This document shows positions 8,243-14,010 of a stretch of 14,010 bases of DNA, one piece after another. The stretch is from Candidatus Parvarchaeum sp. (GTDB taxonomy: Archaea > Nanobdellota > Nanobdellia > Parvarchaeales > Parvarchaeaceae). Below the pieces are notes generated by a model, which was not told the origin of the DNA, did no database searches, and saw only the letters and a program-made list of their open reading frames with translations. Position 1 is the stretch's first letter. Each line of letters starts with the position of its first letter. The stretch spans positions 1 through 14,010 of the forward strand of contig JBMFWF010000014.1 in NCBI GenBank assembly GCA_049965555.1, written 5' to 3'. The translations under genes were made by a program, and so were the position numbers.

Positions 8243-8431
8243 TTATGGATTTATAATACTTATAAATGCATATCCCGCCGCTAAGGACACAAACCCAGCA
8301 AGGGCCAAGAACATCTCCTCTGCTTGAAAATACATCTGGTTTACCTGCTGTTGCGTCGACAAGTAGAGCGGCAATAATGAAGCGGCAGACATTTCTTTTT
8401 TATCAATTAACAACTTATCCAGCTTACTCAT
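8243..8431 (-). CDS. Small protein (62 aa) with a C-terminal TM helix
   Basis: Re-called start at ATG 8431 (MSKLDKLL...). It overlaps the kinase stop (ATGAGTAA) and has GAGGT 5 nt upstream. Ends in hydrophobic MFLALAGFVSLAAGYAFISII. Confidence 0.55.
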   Translation of the reverse strand: MSKLDKLLIDKKEMSAASLLPLYLSTQQQVNQMYFQAEEMFLALAGFVSLAAGYAFISIINP

Positions 8432-8984
8432 ATTTGACCTCTTTACTTGCTTTACTGCCCAATATGTATTTTGACAGAGCATTCACTGCATCATTGTCTA
8501 ATTTTACAAATAAGTCTTTATAAGCAAAATTTTTTGGTATATACAGGAAATCAATTAGCTTTATATTGTTATCGTAAGTAAGCATTACATTGTTTCCGCC
8601 TACTAAATCACCATGAACATAACCGTTATCATGCAATGCATCAACTGTTTCTTTAAGCTGGTTAAATACCTTATAAGCTAAATTTCTGTCTGCTCTTAAT
8701 TTGTATGTGCACATTGTTATATTATCTCCATTTACATACTCGAAGAAATATGCTTTGCCATCTTTTGTCTCCCCTAAACGAAGGGGTTTTGCTATTGTTT
8801 CCTTTGCCAGATTATATTCCTTTTTCATCATCTTGAACCTTTCCTTTGGATGATAATTCTTCATAACTTTTTTCTGTTCTTCTTCCGGTATGCCTAATTG
8901 ATCAAATACAAAAAGCTCAGTATCTAAACCTCTTTCCGGTTTTACGAACACTTCTGAAAGCGTTTGATCAAGTCTTTTTTTCAT
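8424..8984 (-). CDS. Minimal protein-kinase-like fold protein (Bud32/RIO/APH-type catalytic motifs)
   Basis: 'FEYVNG' hinge, 'LHDNGYVHGDLVGGNNVML' catalytic loop, 'IKLIDF' metal-binding loop. Confidence 0.78.
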   Translation of the reverse strand: MKKRLDQTLSEVFVKPERGLDTELFVFDQLGIPEEEQKKVMKNYHPKERFKMMKKEYNLAKETIAKPLRLGETKDGKAYFFEYVNGDNITMCTYKLRADRNLAYKVFNQLKETVDALHDNGYVHGDLVGGNNVMLTYDNNIKLIDFLYIPKNFAYKDLFVKLDNDAVNALSKYILGSKASKEVKYE

Positions 8985-9038
8985 ATATTATTATGAACCC
9001 ACTAGTATAAATATTTTACTATTTAGTCATAATAAAAA

Positions 9039-9587
9039 TTATAGTATTATTACTACATATGCCATAAAACCTATTATTATAACCTGCAGTATCAATTGCA
9101 CAAATGCAACTTTGAAGTTCGTTATGGAAAGTTCTATTGCTCTTTTAATGTTTTGTTTACGGCCTAAAATTCTTATTATCTGCAGGGAATCGCCAATGTA
9201 GTAGATGAAAGATAGCAACAGAAGAATAGTCGATACTATTATTATTGGTATATAAATAATAGCAGAGTACGAGAATAGTCCTATGTATAAAGCAAGAATA
9301 TAGCCTGCTATTACTGTAGTTAAGGTTATCGATGGTATGAAAAACAAGGTAAGAGGAAGCAACCTTACCGTTATATCTATCTTCACTCTATCGCCTAAAT
9401 CCCGTATTATATTGTAGAATATAAAGCCCATAAAGAGATTACAACCAAGCCACAAAGCAGCGGATAAAACATGTATGTAGTCTATCAAAAGGTAATCTTT
9501 GATTGCGTATACTATTAGCAAAAAAAGAAGTGGCAACGCCGCAGATATTGCACCAAACCTGTAAATCTGCTTGAAATCAATTTTCAT
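9039..9587 (-). CDS. Integral membrane protein, CopD/DUF2269-like, paralog B
   Basis: About 5 TMs, 'DYIHVLSAALWLG'. Colinear similarity to 9584..10150 and a 4-nt overlap with it. Confidence 0.7.
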   Translation of the reverse strand: MKIDFKQIYRFGAISAALPLLFLLIVYAIKDYLLIDYIHVLSAALWLGCNLFMGFIFYNIIRDLGDRVKIDITVRLLPLTLFFIPSITLTTVIAGYILALYIGLFSYSAIIYIPIIIVSTILLLLSFIYYIGDSLQIIRILGRKQNIKRAIELSITNFKVAFVQLILQVIIIGFMAYVVIIL

Positions 9588-10150
9588 AGCGCTAACCCCG
9601 TAGCAAGATGCGCCATAAGAACTATTATCGCTATTTGGAAGATGACCTGACTGAAGGCAAGCTTCAAATTAAATATGGTGAGTCTTACTATCTTATTTTT
9701 GTCTTTACCGCCATGCTTTATTTCAAGATAAACCCTTAATTCATTAGGCAGGAATATGCCTATTCCCTGCAATGTAAGTATGCCAACTATTACCAGGACT
9801 GCTATTATTATAGGAGAGGAGAGAACAAAAAGGCCTTCTTCCATTGCAAGAATTATCCCTGCAGTTATTGTCACCGCTGAGATGGAAGGCATGAAAAAAA
9901 GCATCATTGGTGTAAGCCTTTTAGATACTTCAACTCTTTCATCGTTGTCAAGGCCTTTCATCACAAATGAGAAAAAAAGGCCCATGAAAAGATCCATACC
10001 TGTCCAAGAAGCTCCGCTAAACACATGTACGTAATCCAATAAAAGCAAGCTGCCTGTAAACAATACTATAACTAGTATTATCGGAAGAAAAAGAAGCGTC
10101 GGTATGCCTATTTTCAGCATGTTTCTTATTGAAAATTTATCTTCCTGCAT
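9584..10150 (-). CDS. Integral membrane protein, CopD/DUF2269-like, paralog A
   Basis: About 5 TMs, 'DYVHVFSGASWTGMDLFMG'. ATG 10150 preferred over TTG 10165 because TTTAAATA lies about 20-25 nt upstream. Confidence 0.7.
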   Translation of the reverse strand: MQEDKFSIRNMLKIGIPTLLFLPIILVIVLFTGSLLLLDYVHVFSGASWTGMDLFMGLFFSFVMKGLDNDERVEVSKRLTPMMLFFMPSISAVTITAGIILAMEEGLFVLSSPIIIAVLVIVGILTLQGIGIFLPNELRVYLEIKHGGKDKNKIVRLTIFNLKLAFSQVIFQIAIIVLMAHLATGLAL

Positions 10151-10181
10151 TATTTTTAGAAGCAAAGATATTTAAAATAAT

Positions 10182-10925
10182 TCATTCCTCTCTCCATTTT
10201 GAGCGCTTTATTGCAAATACTATCAAAAATATGGAGACTGATATAAGGATAATCCAGGACATTAATACAAACGAGCCAGAGAACTTAACAAAGCCTATGC
10301 TGCCCTGCGCTATTATTGCGGAAAAAGTCGTCGGTGAAATGTAAGCCAGGTATCTGAAAGGCAGGGGTATGTATGTCACAGGATAGTAAACAGGCGGCAA
10401 AGTGGACAGGACCATTGATATCAAGCCCATAAATGCCCAGCTCTCTACAACATCTCTGCTTACCGTAGAGATGAAAAAACCCAAAGATATGGAGAACATG
10501 AATGTAAGAAGCATCACTGCTGCTAAAGTTAAAGCAGTTATTGCAGACATATGTATAAAGATAATCGCCAAAATAGAAAGAACTAAAAGGTCAGGGACAG
10601 AAAAAACAAGTTCAGACAATGCTATACCAATAATATATATTGTAGGAGAAACTGGGGAACTAACAAGCATATCCTGCAGCTTCATATCATTCCTCAGGTG
10701 TGTCAAATCGCCCTGAAGAGAAATACCATTATTTACCATTACTAGAATAAAGCTGCCAAGTATGCCTGCATCAAGCAGTGCACCGTGACTTACAAAAAAT
10801 ATTATTATAAGTAAACCAAAAGGCGCCAACATAACATTTAATAGCATTATAGGAAAATTCTTCATAGCGTAGATTGCATTGGCCAATACAGAAGCAGAAA
10901 GCTGGCTTAATTTGCTGGTTTTCAT
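10182..10925 (-). CDS. ABC-2 type transporter permease
   Basis: About 6 TMs, 'LVSSPVSP', 'PPVYYP...P..FRYLAYISPTT'. Lies 1 nt downstream of the ATPase gene. Confidence 0.88.
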   Translation of the reverse strand: MKTSKLSQLSASVLANAIYAMKNFPIMLLNVMLAPFGLLIIIFFVSHGALLDAGILGSFILVMVNNGISLQGDLTHLRNDMKLQDMLVSSPVSPTIYIIGIALSELVFSVPDLLVLSILAIIFIHMSAITALTLAAVMLLTFMFSISLGFFISTVSRDVVESWAFMGLISMVLSTLPPVYYPVTYIPLPFRYLAYISPTTFSAIIAQGSIGFVKFSGSFVLMSWIILISVSIFLIVFAIKRSKWREE

Positions 10926-10926
10926 T

Positions 10927-11841
10927 TCACTCCTCCTTATTTATATCTCCTACAAGCATGTAGAATATATCTTCTAATGAAGTAGGGTTAATAGAGAACT
11001 TTACTCTCGATATTATTAGCTTTTTAGCAAGATTATTTGCCGCTGCTTCGTTAGAGAACACTTGAACTGTACCATCGTTTTTCTTTACGACCTTTCCTTT
11101 TAATTTTATTTTCTTGTCGAAAAAGCCGAATATCTTTATCGCATACGGATAGCCTATTGCGTCTCTTATCTCGTTTATAGTGCCTGTTTTTACAATCTTT
11201 CCCTTGTTTAATATGGCTATATAGTCAGAAAGCTCCTCAGCCTCTTCAAGGTAGTGGGTTGTCATTATTATTAGATGCTCCTTCTTCAAATCATTAAGAA
11301 TGCTCCATAGTTCTCTCCTTGAGATAGGATCCAAACCGGTTGTAGGCTCATCTAAAAAGATTATTTTTGCATTAGAAGATATAACCAAAGCAACCAAAAC
11401 CTTTCTTTTTGTTCCTCCGGACAGTTTCTTCGGTATTTTATCAGCGTATTCCTCTAATTTGAACCTTGATAAGATAGCATTTGTTCTTTCCTTCGCTTCT
11501 TTAAAGCTTAACCCCCTCCATAAAAGATACGCATAGATGTTTTCTCTCGCTGTCATCCAGGGTATCAGTTCCCCTTCTTGAGGTATCACAGCTATTTCGT
11601 CTCTTATGCCTTTTGGATTTTTAACTACATCGACTCCGTCTAGGTATACATTCCCGCTTGTTGGCAATAATTCAGTAGAGACTATTCTTATAAAGGTAGT
11701 TTTACCTGCCCCATTCCTGCCTATCAATGTAAATATCCCATTTATATCTAAATCTAAAGAAACCTTATTCAAGGCCAAAGAACTCTTTTTCTCCTTATCT
11801 TTATATCTCTTGCTAAGGTTTTTTACAACTAATTTCACCAT
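10927..11841 (-). CDS. ABC transporter ATP-binding protein (DrrA-like exporter family)
   Basis: Walker A GRNGAGKTT, Q-loop IPQE, signature LSGG, Walker B IIFLDEPTTGLDP, H-loop TTHYLEEAE, C-terminal 'SLEDIF'. Confidence 0.95.
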   Translation of the reverse strand: MVKLVVKNLSKRYKDKEKKSSLALNKVSLDLDINGIFTLIGRNGAGKTTFIRIVSTELLPTSGNVYLDGVDVVKNPKGIRDEIAVIPQEGELIPWMTARENIYAYLLWRGLSFKEAKERTNAILSRFKLEEYADKIPKKLSGGTKRKVLVALVISSNAKIIFLDEPTTGLDPISRRELWSILNDLKKEHLIIMTTHYLEEAEELSDYIAILNKGKIVKTGTINEIRDAIGYPYAIKIFGFFDKKIKLKGKVVKKNDGTVQVFSNEAAANNLAKKLIISRVKFSINPTSLEDIFYMLVGDINKEE

Positions 11842-11932
11842 ACTGATAAATTAGTTTTCAGGTATTAAATGCATTTTAACTTTGTTGTTTCCTTTTATTA
11901 CCTATTAATTTTACAAAAAACTAGATAAAAGA

Positions 11933-12661
11933 ATGGAGATAAAGGCAGTTAACCTTACAAAGAAGTTTGGAAAAGACCTTGCATTGGATTCTATAAACTT
12001 TGACATAAAGGGAAAAGGCATAGTAGGGTATCTCGGCCCAAACGGCGCGGGCAAGACTACTACATTTAAGATACTTGCTAATCTAATAAAACCTAGCTCT
12101 GGAGAAGCTTTCATCAATGGAATAAGCATAAAAAACTATAAAAGTGCACTTAGAAATGTGTCTGCATTGGTCGATGAGCCTGAGCCTTATGATGAAATGA
12201 CTATACTTGAATTTCTTAAATTCATCGGAAAAATCAGAGACCTGGATGAAAAACTAATTGAAAAAAGGATAGATGAGCTTAGAAAGGAGTTAATGATAGA
12301 GGATCTTAATAAAAAATGCGGCCAGCTCTCTAAAGGGAACAGGCAGAGAGTTGTAATAGCGGCAGTTCTCCTTCCAGATACTGATATCCTGCTACTTGAT
12401 GAACCGACAAGCGGATTGGACCCTGCCGAATCGTATGATATAAAAAAGCTGCTTAAAAAGCTGAAGAAAACAAAGCTGATAATATTGAGTTCACATTTGT
12501 TAGACGAGGTAAAGGAATTATGCGATTACGTCATCCTTTTAGATAAGGGAAAAATAATTGCCCGGGGTTCTATAAAAAGCATAATAAAGAAGTTCGGCAG
12601 AGGGAAGGGAGAAAAGGGGCTGGAGAAGGCCTATATAACTCTGGTGCGTGGTAAAACATGA
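11933..12661 (+). CDS. ABC transporter ATP-binding protein (ABC-2 exporter family)
   Basis: Walker A GPNGAGKTT, signature LSKGNRQR, Walker B LLLDEPTSGLDP, H-loop SSHLLDEV. Confidence 0.95.
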   Translation: MEIKAVNLTKKFGKDLALDSINFDIKGKGIVGYLGPNGAGKTTTFKILANLIKPSSGEAFINGISIKNYKSALRNVSALVDEPEPYDEMTILEFLKFIGKIRDLDEKLIEKRIDELRKELMIEDLNKKCGQLSKGNRQRVVIAAVLLPDTDILLLDEPTSGLDPAESYDIKKLLKKLKKTKLIILSSHLLDEVKELCDYVILLDKGKIIARGSIKSIIKKFGRGKGEKGLEKAYITLVRGKT

Positions 12662-13422
12662 AAAATAGGCCTTTCTATGCATTCTTTAATACAGAGTTAA
12701 AGATGGCGAAAAGCCAAATCATAGCTTTTTCTTTCCTTTCATTTATAATAGTTATACTAACAGGTTTGCTTTCAATCAAGGCGCTTTTCAACAGCACCGA
12801 TTTCTTTGAAAGCATCGGCTTAGTGATATGGCTTATGGCAGGGATTGCTGCTACTAATGTAGCTGCAGGCATAGGGGTCATGGATTTCAAAGAAAGAACC
12901 GGATTGCTTATTCTGTCACAGCCGGTAGATAGAAAATTAATCTTTTTATCGAGGCTTTTAGCAGCCTTTTTAGTCCTTATCTTACCGATAACAGTGCTTT
13001 ACCTGTCTGGATTTACAATGGGGTTATTGATGTATAAGATAAGCATGCCGCAGGCATTTTTATCCTATGGATTAGCTGTCCTTTATGCTTTTTCTTTTAC
13101 TGCAATGGTATCTGGCATAAGTTCAATGTCTAAAGAAAAAAGTACTCCTTTGAGTTTTGGCCTAACTTTCGCTTTCCTTGCAGTTTTTGTTTTTGCAATA
13201 TTCGGAAAGTTTATAGGAATGCAGCCTTGGTTCTTTTTGCCTTATGGGGGATTGATAATCAGCAGTGTTATGGCCGCTCCGTATTTAATGCACGTTAACC
13301 CTGGGAACTATTTCTTTTATTACATCCCTTACTTAAATGAAGCAGTACTTATAATGCTGCTTTATTTAGTTATATTCATAGCTATTGGAATATTCTATTA
13401 TTCCAGAAGAGAATTATATTAG
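12658..13422 (+). CDS. ABC-2 type transporter permease
   Basis: About 6 TMs, 'DFKERTGLLILSQPVDRKLIFLSR', C-terminal 'YSRREL'. ATGA overlap with the ATPase. Confidence 0.88.
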   Translation: MKNRPFYAFFNTELKMAKSQIIAFSFLSFIIVILTGLLSIKALFNSTDFFESIGLVIWLMAGIAATNVAAGIGVMDFKERTGLLILSQPVDRKLIFLSRLLAAFLVLILPITVLYLSGFTMGLLMYKISMPQAFLSYGLAVLYAFSFTAMVSGISSMSKEKSTPLSFGLTFAFLAVFVFAIFGKFIGMQPWFFLPYGGLIISSVMAAPYLMHVNPGNYFFYYIPYLNEAVLIMLLYLVIFIAIGIFYYSRRELY

Positions 13423-13425
13423 ATT

Positions 13426-13591
13426 ATTAGAAGTTATTGTGACGCCTTCTAATGAATCAATTCGATGATTTTACAGCTATTATTGAGAAATTGAACTTTC
13501 TCATAGCGTTAAGTTCCCCTTTTCAGCCTAATAGCTTGTAGCCCTCGCTAGGATATTCATCCCGGCAGGTTCTACCATAACGGGATTATCC
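13426..13591. ncRNA. Candidate structured RNA or mobile-element remnant (run of consecutive hairpins)
   Basis: Five consecutive inverted repeats between convergent genes, and no ORF longer than about 31 codons. Family not recognised. Confidence 0.35.
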
Positions 13592-13699
13592 ACATATTTT
13601 AATTTCTCTCTGTCCAATAACACTTAATTTAATCTTAATTGTCTTAGACAAAACTCTTATGTTTATACTGCATTTACGTGTATTTTATAAATTAGAAAC

Positions 13700-14010
13700 C
13701 TAAGAAACGCTGCCAAAGCTAATTGAAGGCATAACTCCGTTGGGAGGATAAGCTCTTACTCTAACGTACTGAGCATACATTTTAGAATTTGCAACTGTTC
13801 TATCTCCCCAATCAAAAGAAGGATAGAGTGAAGTTTCTGCCGTAAATCCCCCAGTAGCATACCCAAAATGAGAATAATTTATCTCTCCAAGCACGCCCGT
13901 AGAATTTTCCCAAGTGCTCATCATGACCATCTGGGTACCAACTGGTACTCCAAGATTTACCTCTTGAGAATTTCCAGATCTAACTAGATATATCAATGCA
14001 TTTGTATCTG
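13700..14010 (-). CDS. C-terminal part of a surface/secreted protein (DUF2341-like family of ARMAN archaea), begins beyond the right edge
   Basis: The frame is open to the window edge (DTNALIYLV...), so TTG 13996 is probably not the start. Ends 'YVRVRAYPPNGVMPSISFGSVS', a tail I recall from Micrarchaeota/Parvarchaeota surface proteins. Confidence 0.7.
   Translation of the reverse strand, partial: DTNALIYLVRSGNSQEVNLGVPVGTQMVMMSTWENSTGVLGEINYSHFGYATGGFTAETSLYPSFDWGDRTVANSKMYAQYVRVRAYPPNGVMPSISFGSVS

Noticed and set aside
8424-8984. Naming the kinase bud32 or rio1
   Set aside because: Lacks the Bud32 'KxRxxKxYR' and 'DFGL' motifs and the RIO 'DLSEYN/IDxxQ' motifs.
3000-12890. Shadow ORFs in the track (3000, 3567, 3995, 4446, 5190, 5397, 6212, 6724, 7122, 7956, 8266, 9756, 10129, 10402, 11300, 11606, 11911, 12675)
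   Set aside because: Each lies antisense or out of frame within better-supported genes and has no motif of its own.
13452-13541. 29-aa plus-strand ORF MNQFDDFTAIIEKLNFLIALSSPFQPNSL
   Set aside because: Short, no SD or recognisable motif, and it overlaps the hairpin run.
13541-13590. TPP riboswitch-like 3' half on the minus strand (CCCG...GAACCTG..GGGATGAATATCC.AGCGAGGG)
   Set aside because: No upstream GGG...CUGAGA pyrimidine-sensing half in the right order, and no gene downstream on that strand.
13423-13699. tRNA, SRP RNA, RNase P RNA or Cas12f tracrRNA in the last intergenic region
   Set aside because: No cloverleaf or T-loop, no SRP helix-8 motif, no correctly ordered RNase P P4 halves. 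Short resemblances to a Cas12f tracrRNA rest on memory only, and no cas gene or array is in the window.
1-14010. CRISPR array, intact transposase, integrase or prophage genes
   Set aside because: No regularly spaced direct repeats and no such protein motifs seen by eye.

Overview
AT-rich, gene-dense archaeal window, most likely from a small acidophilic DPANN archaeon (Parvarchaeota/ARMAN-like). This is inferred from a DUF359 dephospho-CoA kinase, TATA boxes about 20-30 nt before apparently leaderless starts, sequon-rich surface proteins and a 'RAYPPNGVMP' surface-protein tail. Left to right: partial MFS transporter, TauE-family permease, cytoplasmic SlyD-type FKBP, two coupled 3-TM proteins, an anchored Ser/Asn-rich surface protein, a 2-TM protein, a second membrane-anchored FKBP, a processive HAS/NodC-like GT2 synthase, a TYW3-motif-like hypothetical, a histidine phosphatase, MsrA, DPCK, a minimal kinase-fold protein coupled to a small membrane protein, two paralogous CopD/DUF2269-like membrane proteins, two divergent ABC-2 exporters, a hairpin-dense non-coding stretch (13426-13591) and a partial surface-protein gene. 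Best leads: the candidate structured RNA, and a cell-surface locus pairing an exported FKBP with a glycoprotein and a polysaccharide synthase. No CRISPR array, tRNA, rRNA or intact transposase was seen.
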